Assembly (NCBI GenBank): GCA_002269645.1
Contig: NIVC01002830.1
Span: 62,001-126,000 of the forward strand
Source of the DNA: Macrostomum lignano
Lineage: Eukaryota
Length of the DNA: 64,000 bases
Direction: 5' to 3'
Shown: piece after piece, positions 1-11,111 of the stretch
Layout of the letters: each line of letters opens with the position of its first letter
How positions within the stretch are numbered: position 1 is the first letter of the stretch
Made by a program: the position numbers and the translations under genes
Notes under the pieces: model-generated
Databases searched by the model: none
What the model was told of the DNA's origin: nothing
The model's input: the letters and a program-made list of their open reading frames with translations, nothing else

Positions 1-2832
1 GGCAAATATCCTTGAACCAAAGCGGTTGCCTCTCTGGGCGCTGAATTCCCTTTTATTTATACGAAAAATTGGGGTGGGGACGGGTGCATTCAAACAAAAT
101 TCTACAAACTTCGCGGTTACTAAAAAAACGGCGGGGATTCAAAACTTGGCCTCTCTCAATTAATAATAATAATAACTCTACTCGGCCTAGTGCCATTTAA
201 TTAATTAATTAGCAATTAATTTGTGTTAAACGGTGTCTTAAGCCTTCGTGAGCTCGGAAGAATTTATTTGCCCTCGGCCGGTGGTCTAACTAAGAGAAGT
301 TCTAGGGCAGATTCGAGTAAATTGAGCTTTTCTCCGCGAATTACCGCGGTGGTTGGCAGCGAACTACTACTTTTAGTACAACACTCAGCAAATCTCAGTT
401 TATCTTAAGTTCTCCATAGCGGTTACATTTCTGCATTTCGGCATTCTGAGAGACGGCATCAAGTAGACCGCTCAGCCACGACCACATCTACCCTCCCCCT
501 GAGCCTGAGGAACTCAGCAGCCGAAGCTTCCCTTTATTTTGCACCCCGCGACTTGATCGAGTTTGTTTAAATCGCAAGACTAGCGCCGATTCGAACGGCC
601 AAAACCGAAGTCTTCGAGGTCGACATGCAGATTTCGCCCAAGAAATTTTATGTCAAACCTCGTCCTTACAAACTCACTGTGCTGAATAAGTCTGTGCTGA
701 CTGCTGCTGTAAATTGCAGATCCCTGTTCCAACAGACCCTGCGTGGTCCCGACGCCCAACGAGTCTAAAGTCAATCACTTTCACACCAATTTAGCCTCGC
801 TGCCACCTGCCACTGCACCACACCACATGATGTGATTCATCATGGCACAACTTGGCAAGTTGCCATGAAAAATGACAATGACCGATTGGCGATTGACCAT
901 TATGATGGCATTAGTGTTGCATTAAAGTGTAGAATCCAAAGCCGAAAAGTAGCAAATAATGGAAATAAAATTACAAGTTAAACAATTCAAGTCATAAATA
1001 AGTCAAACTAATCTAACCACCCTAACCAGTAGGCCATCGCTGCTATAACCTTGTTTTTAGCTTTACCTTTAAATATGTAAAAATGTAAATTTAGGTTTAT
1101 TAGTTCAGCTTAAATTAAATAATTTATTTTTTAACTATTTAATTTTTTATATTTAATTTAATTTATTTATTTTTTATCTTTAAGCTTCTTTACAATAAAC
1201 CTTCCTTCTTTACATTTGCTAGCGCTAGCCTAGGCCTAGCAAATGAGCTATTAAATCATATGATTAATGCACAAAATAATTAAATTTGATATATTATAAA
1301 TTATAATATTTGCTTTTATTTTTCATAACAATACCCATAAGGCATAAGCCTTTATTTACAGGACTTATTTAGAAAGGCCAAATCAAAACCACTAAGGTTA
1401 TAAGTAAAGATATATAGGCCAAGGACAAGGTATCTTAGTTATTTATTTCTCATTGAAAACAATGAGAATAAATTGACTATAAAAGCATTTTATAGTTTTT
1501 ATTTTTTGCATTTTCTTTTTTTGTCTACTAATCTATCTCAGAATCTGTCTATTTAAATTTAATTAAAAATCTAAAATATAATGTCATAACCTTTTAGACC
1601 TTTTAGAAACTAAAAATTCTGAAGACTGTCCCAAAGGTACTAAGGTAATGTTCATTTTTATTATATCTCTTGTTCTAATGATCCAAATAATATCATTTTG
1701 CATAATATTATAGTGGCAACTCTCTTCTTTAATATTTATATTAACTTCAAAATCTTTAAAAACAGACAATGGAAACAAAAGTTATTAACAAAGATGTAAC
1801 ACAAACTTGGCTATAGACTTCTGACAATTTAACAAGCTAGTAGAAATTAGCAAAAGTACCTTTGATTGAATGCACTTTAAGTTCTTTATTAGGCTGCTGT
1901 GATAAAAAGATATCTATGGATAAACTTGAATAAACATAAAACTTAAAGCAATAGAATATTTCCCACTAGGCTTCATCTTCATTGCTTCTTTGTTCCCTCC
2001 CTTTGTTGCACCAAAAATCATGGATGTGCATTCAAGTATTGCTCTGAAAAGTGTGATTTATACCCTTTGGCAGACAGGGCATAATGTAACTACTAACTGA
2101 GATTCATGTGCAACTTTAATTGGCTCATAGGCCTAATGCAGTCATTTTATATATTTACTATAGCGAGTTACCTATTTGTCAGCTATCATTTCAAAATTTT
2201 GCTAGCTTGTTAAATTTACTATAGGTCTATGGTTAAATTCTTGCTATATTTTTGTTCATAACTTTTGTTTCAATTGTCTATTTTTTTAAAATAATGAAGT
2301 TAATATGAAGAAAAGAGTTTTCACCAATATTTTGTGCAAAATGATGTTATTTAGATCATCAGAATGAAATATTAATGAAAAGTAATTTTGGGATAGCCCT
2401 CATAGTTTAATTAGTTAACTACTATTATAAAGTACTTAAGATAATGCTATGGGCTTTATTGATCAATGAATAAAATGGTTTAATTGTTGGTTTCTTATTA
2501 TTATTAGTTTAGTTTAAGTACAGCTGGAGCACAATTATAGAAACAAATTCAGGCCACAGTACAGAGGGCTAAAAGTTAATTAAATGCTTACAAGTAGACA
2601 ATAGTCGTCACATAGGCAAGAGTTAAAATAAATATTAATAATACCACTAGAGATAGCAAAGGGAGAGAATTGAGATATATTTATATTAGCAAATTTGAAT
2701 GCCAACAAATGGGGCATGTGATCGGCAAAAAAGGACAGAGGGTGGGCACAAGAATAGGCCTCCAGAGAAAAGCAAGAGAAATAAAGGGGGAAAATCCCAA
2801 AGAACTGATAGGGGATGCAGAAGGTCCCTTTC

Positions 2833-3244
2833 GGGATGCTTTCATAAGACCTAAATTTCACAACGCCTAAAACCACCACACTTCACAATGCCTAACTTTC
2901 ATATCGCCTAAATTTCACAATGTATAAAATCTTTGCTTCTCTCCTTCACATTCAGTTTTAGGTGTTGTGAAATTTAAGCGATATGAAGTAGGATGCATTT
3001 TCGGTTTTAGGCATTATGAAATTTAGGCAATATGAAATTTAGGCAATATGAAATTTAGGCGATATGAAATTTAGGCGATATGAAGAAGTGTGCAGAAATT
3101 TTAGGCATTGTGAAATTTAGGTGTTGTGATGAAGGAGGCTGCATTTTCGATTTTAGGCATTGTGAAATTTAGGCATTATGAAATTTAAGTGATGTGAAGT
3201 CATGTGCTTTAGGCATTGTGATATTTAGGTCTTATGAAGCGCCC
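2833..3244. mobile_element. Foldback/MITE-like non-autonomous DNA element
   Basis: About 35-bp imperfect terminal inverted repeats: left GGGATGCTTTCATAAGACCTAAATTTCACAACGCCTAAA versus reverse complement of right end GGGCGCTTCATAAGACCTAAATATCACAATGCCTAAA. Internal TGAAATTTAGGC subrepeats switch orientation near 2950. No coding capacity; TSD not resolved. Confidence 0.6.
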
Positions 3245-3883
3245 CCAGGGAAAAGTAGATGAAATTTCACAATATGGACAAGAAGGGATGATAACACAGC
3301 CCCAAGAATGGCAAAAAAGTTCCAAGGTTAATTACTAGAAAAGTATTAAAAAAATTAACCATGCAAGAACATCAGTTTTTCCAAGTGGCAACACCACTGC
3401 CACAAAATCATAAATCTTGACAATATTTACATTTATACTCTATCGCAACTTTTTTTCTAATGCTACTATATCCAACAGTTTTTTTAGAGACTAGTCAGAG
3501 CTTTAACAACCTCCAATTCTTTAAATGGGAATATGTTATGATTATTTCAGCAATATGCGAGTCGTGGGAATAGTAGGTTGTACTTTTATAAAAGTAAGTT
3601 TTCCTTATTGATAAATCCCCCATTGGCTTCTTTTTCACTTTTTGTCAATGATTTCCAATTAAAGATTATGGTCAGCATTGAATAAGGTGGCTTCTTATCT
3701 TCAGAATGAACGTCACGTGTTTACATTTTGCATATTTGCATTCTAATGTAGTGTGTATTATTATCATATTATGCATAAAATTCAACACAAAAACAATATT
3801 TCTACTTACAGTAGTTAAAAAAGGAGTGCACAACCAGGCAAAATTAAAAATTGATAATAAAACACAATAAACAGAGGCCAGTC

Positions 3884-6800
3884 ATGTCGGCTGATGTAGC
3901 AGACGTCGCTCTCTGTGAATTAGGCGACGACAATGATTGCGAAGATCATGTCGTTGAACTTCAACTGCCTGCAAAGTCAGCAACAGCTGCTCATACTGGC
4001 TTGCTGCTTGGGACATCGTCTGCTGCTTCAACAGCATCCGGTAAGCCAGGCCGCTGCGGCTACTGCCTTCAACGGCTCGACCGGGTTGCCTCCTCGTCCA
4101 ACTGGTCGCCGAAAATTTACGTCATCTGCGCTGTGTGCCCCAGCCTGCAGCTCTGCCTGCGGTGCTTCGCCCTCGGCGCCGAGGGTGGCAAACACCAGCG
4201 CAGTCACGACTATCAACTGGCCGCCTGCCGGCTGCCGCTGCTCCCCTGCAGTCCCAGCGAATGCGGCGACGATGGCGAAATCTGGAGTTGGGATGAGGAG
4301 GTCCGGCTGCTGGATGCGATTGACGCCTTCGGCTACGGCAACTGGGCGGATGTGGGCGCCAGAGTGCGCTGCGCTGGGAGAACTGGCAGCGGTTAGTTAC
4401 TCTGCCTGCTTGACTTGTCACTCTGCCTGCTTGACTTGTCACTCTGCCTGCTTGACTTGTCACTCTGCCTGCTTGACTTGTCACTCTGCCTGCTTGACTT
4501 GTCACTCTGTCTTCTTGTCTTGTCACACTGCTTTCTTGTCTTGTCACTCTGCCTTCTTGACTTGTCACTCTGTCTTCTTGTCTTGTTACTCTGCCTTCTT
4601 GACTTTTCACTCTGTCTTCTTGACTTTTCACTCTGTCTTCTTGACTTGTCACTCTGCCTTCTTGACTTGTCACTCTGTCTGCTTGACTTGCCACTCTGTC
4701 TGCTTGACTTGTCACTCTGTCTGCTTGACTTGTCACTCTGTCTGCTTGACTTGTCACTCTGTCTGCTTGACTTGTCATTCTGTCTGCTTGACTTGTCACT
4801 CTGCCGTCTTGACTTGTCAGTTGGCACTCTGTTTATTTGACTTGTTATTGACTTCTGGACTTGTCTTGTCATTCTACTTCCTTGACTTGTCACTCTCTGA
4901 TTTCTCTTGACCTGTCACTCTCTGCCACCATAACTAGACTTGTCACTCCCTACCTTCCTGACTTGTCGCTTCACTTTAGTCTTATCTTATCAGTGGTCGC
5001 CATACTCAAGCATGAATACTTGTCACAGTCTTTTTACTCGTCGATTTATCATCTTCCCGTTGTTCCCAGCTACTTACCCTCAGCCTAGTCACCCTAGTCT
5101 ATTCACACTCTCAATCTCAATCGGGATTGCAGCCTCCCGCCGAGACCGGGCAGACCCAGGCGAGCAGTGCTGCCGGCACTACCAGCGGCACTACATCAAC
5201 GGCCTGCTTCGACCGTCCCGCCTCTTCCCCGACGGTCGCCAGCCGGCCCCCGTTAGCGCCGCCGTCACCGACCTGACGGTGTCCGCTTCGCCGCCATCCT
5301 CGCCGCCGCCTGCCGACCTGTCGCTGAGCAGCGATCTCAGCCTGGAGGAGTGCCAGTGCCTCGGCCTAGCGCCGTTGCGCGACTTCGAGTTCGAATGCGA
5401 GTTCGATGGCAACGCGGCCGAGTCGCTGGTCTGCCGGCTGCGGCCAAGCTTCGAAGCTGATCCGTTGGATAGCGCGCTCAGGGTTGCCCAAATCGATGCC
5501 TACAGGCGAGTGCCGGGTTTGAGGTCCTTGGTTCGATTCTTGTGTGCTTAAGGCGTCTTTTTAAGAACTAGAGAGGTCCTAAGTTCGATTCTCGTGCTTA
5601 AAGTATCTTGTTTAGTGTTTAGACCACCGGTGAATGTTAGCGAGATCCTGAGTTCGAGCCTCGTCGGGTTCAATTAAGGGTTCTAGCCTGAATTATCATT
5701 GCTGCGAGGTCCAATTTTGTCTAGGACTATGGAGTCCTGAGTTCGATTCTTGCGTGCTCAAGGCGTCTTTAAAAGTTCAAACTACGTGCTAAAGCTAGAG
5801 AGTTCCCTGAGTACGAACCTCTGGGTTTTCAAGGTCTAAATAGTCCTGGTTTCGAATTTTATGTGGTTAAAGTATCTTGTTTAGAGTTTATGACTGAAGG
5901 CTAGAGCTAGGGAGGTCCTGGGTTCGAATCCTAGTAGGATCTCAGTAGAGTTGAAATATAAATGCTAGTAAGCATTGAGGTTCGGGGTTCGATTCTTATG
6001 TGCTCAGAATGGCTGCTCAAGATGATGTTTTTTAGGATTTAAGAAGTCCTGAGTTCGAATCTTTAATCGCCCAGTCGTATAATTTTGTTCCTCAGACAGC
6101 GGCTTCGCAATCGCGTCGAGCGCAAACGGCTGATCAGGCGGCACGGCCTGCTGACTTCCGGGCTGCGAAGGGCGCTGGCCGACTGCGCGGCTGCTTCCGC
6201 TGCCGCTGCCACAGCCGCTGCCGCGGTGTCGCCATTGAAGCGCCGGCCGCTTGCCTGCGACTGCAACGCGTTTGAATTGGCCGACGCCCGACTTCGGCCG
6301 TTCCTGCGCTATCTGGAGCAGCCGGACTGCCGGCAGCTGATCGACTGCATGGCCAGGGCTGACCGGTTGCGTGCTGAGCTGACTCAGCTGAGCCGGCTCA
6401 GGTCTATGGGAGTGCGGCGGCTGCCAGGTTTGCAATGCCGAACTGGGAGCTTCACTGTTCACAAGATTTAAGCTTCGCCATTCACAAGATTTAAGCTTCA
6501 CCATTCACAAGATATAAGCTTCACCGTTCACAATATTTAAGCATCACCATTTACAAGATATAAGCTTCACGGTTCACAATATTTAAGCATCACCATTCAC
6601 AAGATATAAGCTTCACCGTTCACAATATTTAAGCATCACTATTCACAAGATATAAGCTTCACGGTTCACAATATTTAAGCATCACCATTCACAAGATATA
6701 AGCTTCACCGTTCACAAGATAGAAGCTTCACCGTTCACAATATTTAAGCGTCACCATTCACAAGATATAAGCTTTACCGTTCACAAGATATAAGCTTCAC

Positions 6801-8018
6801 CGTTCACAATATTTAAGCATCACCATTCACAAGATATAAGCTTCACCGTTCACAATATTTAAGCATCACCATTCACAAGACATAAGCTTCGCCGTTCACA
6901 ATATTTAAGCATCACCATTCACAAGATATAAGCTTCACCGTTCACAATATTTAAGCATCACCATTCACAAGATATAAGCTTCGCCGTTCACAATATTTAA
7001 GTATCACCATTCACAAGATATAAGCATCACTATTAACAAGATAGAAGCTTCACCGTTCACAATATTTATGCATCACCATTCACAAGACATAAGCTTCGCC
7101 GTTCACAATATTTAAGCATCACCATTCACAAGACATAAGCTTCGCCGTTCACAATATTTAAGCATCACCATTCACAAGACATAAGCTTCGCCGTTCACAA
7201 TATTTAAGCATCACCATTCACAAGATATAAGCTTCACCGCTCACAAGATATAAGCTTCACCATTCAAAAAATCTAGTTTAACTACACTGCGTAATTCAAA
7301 TACGACTCATACGAGTAAAGTCACCTGATTTCTCGTATGTTCGAATCCGCAGACTCCCTGGCTTCATCAGCTCCGATGGCGCTGCCGTTTGACCAGTTTG
7401 GCAGCTCGGGACTGAAGTCAACTTTGCCTGTGCTCACTCGGAATGGGGCTGCTGTAAGTCTTTATCCACTCTTAATCCATAGTCTTTATCCACTGTTAAT
7501 CCATAGTCTTTATCCACCTTCGATTCAGCAGTCTTCATTCCCCATTCCAACTGTCTGTCTATCAATATTTTACCAATTACGAGTATTGCATACTTTAAAT
7601 CTCAAGTTTGCATATCCCCATTTTTCATCGTTCTTCCCTCCTGTTTCAGACTCCCCCACCGCTGCTGAAGCAGCAGACCTCTCTGGCAGCAGCGCTGCCT
7701 TCAAGCCACAGCCAGCCGCAGTTGGTGCAGCCTCGACCTGCGCTGCAGCCGCCGCCGCCTCTGCTGGTTCCGCCGGCGGCGCCGCCTCTGCCACCGTCGA
7801 AGGCTGTTCTCACTGCGGCGGCGCCAACCGCTAGCCGACTAAGCGAGCGAGAGCGCCAGCTTTGCCGCAGCCTCCGCCTGAGTCACGAGTCCTACCAGCT
7901 GATCAAACTGCATCTGCTGGTGTCGGCCGATCAGCCGCATCAGTTGGCTGAGTGCCATCCGGGTCTCAGGCCGCTGTTAGCCTTCTTTCGCAAGCAGGGC
8001 TGGGTGACCATTGCCTGA
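3884..8018 (+). CDS. TADA2B: Transcriptional adapter 2-beta (Ada2b, SAGA HAT-module subunit), about 560 aa
   Basis: join(3884..4391,5133..5505,6096..6427,7353..7453,7650..8018) = 1683 nt, all phases compatible. ZZ finger (CGYC...CAVCPSLQLCLRCF...HQRSHDY), SANT (WSWDEEVRLLDAIDAFGYGNW), Ada2 boxes (LGLAPLRDFEFE...AQIDAYRQRLRNRVERKRLIRRHGLL; LRPFLRY...LRAELTQLSRLRSMGVRRL) and C-terminal SWIRM-like region (LSERERQLCRSLRLS...FFRKQGWV). The middle boxes fit remembered Ada2b better than Ada2a. Confidence 0.9.
4397..4930. repeat. 21-bp minisatellite (CACTCTGCCTGCTTGACTTGT) in TADA2B intron 1
   Basis: Tandem copies with 21-nt spacing; explains ORFs 3933..4910, 4122..4799, 4393..4893 and 4415..4840. 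Confidence 0.95.
5521..6062 (+). repeat. Degenerate array of tRNA T-arm/B-box-like motifs (GAGGTCCTGRGTTCGAWTC), about 60-bp spacing
   Basis: About 10 recognisable copies, e.g. 5521 GAGGTCCTTGGTTCGATTC, 5912 GAGGTCCTGGGTTCGAATCC, 6044 GAAGTCCTGAGTTCGAATC. Lies mostly in TADA2B intron 2. Confidence 0.6.
6449..7266. repeat. 23-bp minisatellite with two alternating variants (46-bp higher-order unit) in TADA2B intron 3
   Basis: CATTCACAAGATATAAGCTTCAC alternates with CGTTCACAATATTTAAGCATCAC. Confidence 0.95.
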
Positions 8019-8068
8019 TTGCTTGGAAAGGATAGTGCCTACTTGTTTTTTTGTGTCTTCTCTGCTGC

Positions 8069-8610
8069 TAGGTCTTGGGTTCGATCTCTTTTGCTTTTAA
8101 GTCGTGATCTTCGCTAGGTTCAAACTCCTGTAGGTCCTAGGTTCGAATCCTATAGGTCCTAGGTTCAAAATCCTGTAGGTCCTAGGTTCGAACTCCTGTA
8201 GGTAGGTCCTAGAGACTTCTAGGTTCAAAATCCTGTAGGTCCTAGGTTCGAACTCCTGTAGGTAGGTCCTAGAGTCGAGACTTCTAGGTTCAAAATCCTG
8301 TAGGTCCTAGGTTCGAGCTCCTGTAGGTAGGTCCTAGAGACTTCTAGGTTCAAAATCCTGTAGGTCCTAGGTTCGAACTCCTGTAGGTCCTAAGTTCGTT
8401 ATTCAATAGGTCCTTGGTTCTATTTCTTTTTTTGTTTTGATCTCCGGTATGTCCTGGATTTAATATACGTATCTAGATCCTTTGTTTAAATTTCTTTAGG
8501 TTCCAGGTTTGATCTCATACAGTTCATTTATTTGATCTCCGGTGTGCCCTAGATTCGAAATCCTGTAGGTCCTGGGCTCGATTTCCTATAGGTCCCAGGT
8601 TCAATCTCTA
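8069..8610 (+). repeat. Second B-box-like motif array (TAGGTCCTAGGTTCGAA[A/C]TCCTG) just 3' of the TADA2B stop
   Basis: Tandem, partly perfect copies at 8130-8400, more degenerate to 8610; same core as 5521-6062. Confidence 0.7.
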
Positions 8611-9498
8611 CGATCTCTTTGATCCCTATTTTTAATGCATCTTGGATTTTTACCTTACCGCTTAAATCGCTACGACAGTTCACGCGATGCGAACTTTTAA
8701 ATTTTACTTTATTTTGTTTATAAAGTGCCGATTTTGTTCAGCTGGTTAATTCACGAATCACGAGCTCTATTAAATTACGCATTGCCTTTTTTGCGCGATA
8801 TATATACTACTCGATTGTATTGCTCCAAGTAAGTAGTCTGTCTAATCAATTTAATCTGAAAGAATTGTATTTTCAATGTGAAATCATTTCGACTTCTATC
8901 TTGTCATTTATTGGACCAAAATTCTGTGCTGTCTGTCTAGTCAATCTGATTTGCTATTCTGAAGTCTTCAATCATCACACGGGTTATAAAATATTTTGTG
9001 TAATTAGAATATTTTGTACAGTGCAATATAATTTCAGGTGGCGGTATTCTTACCTGTACATAATCTTATTTTTCTGTTTAAAGCAGCAATCGGTTTGATT
9101 TTTTAACTGCGTTTTTTCGGTATTTTTTGCTGGTGAAAATGTTCTACTAATACTACTTGTAGAAATCAATTCTGTTAGTAGTATCTGCGACAATGGTTTT
9201 TTGCCTTTGTGTTACAACTGAATGCGTACAGATGCACTTTGCGATGCATAAAGTTCTATTAGTATTAATATATACGAAACCTGATGCAGAATATTATAAC
9301 ATATTTTAATCAGGCAGTCAGCCACAGTCACTGGTTCAGGTCCTTGATTCGATCTCCTTGCAGGTCGTATACATGTACTGGATTAGATTTAGGCTAGGCT
9401 AGGTTAGTGTTGCAGGTTTTAGGTTAGGTTTAGGTTCCTCCTAAATGAGAGGCAACCAAGTTTGACGATGAGCGGTAGCCAACTACTGGTACATGTAA

Positions 9499-10750
9499 GA
9501 GACCGGGCGCCAACTACATTAAGAGACGGGGCCGCCCACTAAGAGACAGGGGCGCCTACTAGAGCCAAGCGCCCACTAAGAGACAGGGGCGCCCACTAAG
9601 AGACAGGGGCGCCCACTAAGAGACAGGGGAGCCCGCTAAGAGACAGGGGCGCCCACTAAGAGACAGGGGCGCCCGCTAAGAGACAGGGGCGCCCACTAAG
9701 AGACAGGGGCGCCCACTAAGAGACAGGGGCGCCCACTAAGAGACAGGGGCGCCCGCTAAGAGACAGGGGCGCCCACTAAGAGACAGGGGCGCCGGGCGCC
9801 CACTGAGAGACAGGGGCGCCGGGCGCCTACTAAGAGACAGGAGAGCCGGGCGCCCGCTAAGAGACAGGGGCGCCCACTAAGAGACAGGGGCGCCCACTAA
9901 GAGACAGGGGCGCCCGCTAAGAGACAGGGGCGCCCACTAAGAGACAGGGGCGCCGGGCGCCCACTGAGAGACAGGGGCGCCAGGCGCCCACTGAGAGACA
10001 GGGGCGCCGGGCGCCTACTAAGAGACAGGAGAGCCGGGCGCCCGCTAAGAGACAGGGGCGCCCACTAAGAGACAGGGGCGCCCACTGAGAGACAGGGGAG
10101 CCAACTAAGAGACAGGGGCGCCCACTAAGAGACAGGGGCGCCCGCTAAGAGACAGGGGCGCCCACTAAGAGACAGGGGCGCCGGGCGCCCACTGAGAGAC
10201 AGGGGCGCCCACTGAGAGACAGGGGAGCCAACTAAGAGACAGGGGCGCCCGCTAAGAGACAGGGGCGCCCACTAAGAGACAGGGGCGCTCACTAAGAGAC
10301 AGGGGAGCCAACTAAGAGACAGGGGCGCCCACTAAGAGACAGGGGCGCCGGGCGCCCACTGAGAGACAGGGGCGCCCACTAAGAGACAGGGGCGCCGGGC
10401 GCCCACTGAGAGACAGGGGCGCCAGGCGCCCACTGAGAGACAGGGGCGCCGGGCGCCTACTAAGAGACAGGAGAGCCGGGCGCCCGCTAAGAGACAGGGG
10501 CGCCTACTAAGAGACAGGGGCGCCGGGCGCCCGCTAAGAGACAGGGGCGCCCACTAAGAGACAGGGGCGCCCACTAAGAGACAGGGGCGCCGGGCGCCTA
10601 CTAAGAGACAGGAGAGCCGGGCGCCCGCTAAGAGACAGGGGCGCCCACTAAGAGACAGGGGCGCCGGGCGCCCACTGAGAGACAGGGGCGCCCACTAAGA
10701 GACAGGGGAGCCAACTAAGAGACAGGGGCGCCCACAAAGAGACAGGGGCC
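9499..10750. repeat. 20-bp minisatellite (ACTAAGAGACAGGGGCGCCC) with 27-bp variants
   Basis: About 1.25 kb tandem array between the converging 3' ends of TADA2B and the FOG-like gene. Confidence 0.95.
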
Positions 10751-11111
10751 CCAACCACAGGGAGAGGCGCCAACCACTACGCACCTTGGGGTTGCAGCCG
10801 ACTGCAATTAAAGTTCCCGCGTACGCCTCTGACCTACTAATAAAAATGATCAATCAGTAACATTGCAAGTTAGTTTCAGATAAAATTCATTTTAATTAAG
10901 TTTGCTATGCTAGTAAAATATTCACAAACGTGAAATCGGGGCATATATAGTTACTACAAATAAATTATTTAGTTTCAGCTTGAGGCGGTTTTAGTACTCA
11001 TTTAGCGATAATAGTATTCGTTAATTAACGTGTGTATTTTTTCAAACTATCTACCAGTAAATACGAATAATACGAGCATATGAACAAAACTGAAAAGGCT
11101 GCAGTCCTTGA

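Noticed and set aside
580-900. Possible minus-strand exons (acceptor near 766, GTGAGT donor near 677)
   Set aside because: Open in several frames, no recognisable domain, cannot be linked into a model.
2709-2744. KH-domain-like peptide MGHVIGKKGQRV
   Set aside because: The GxxG-loop resemblance lasts 12 aa only; the following sequence does not continue a KH fold and no splice context was found.
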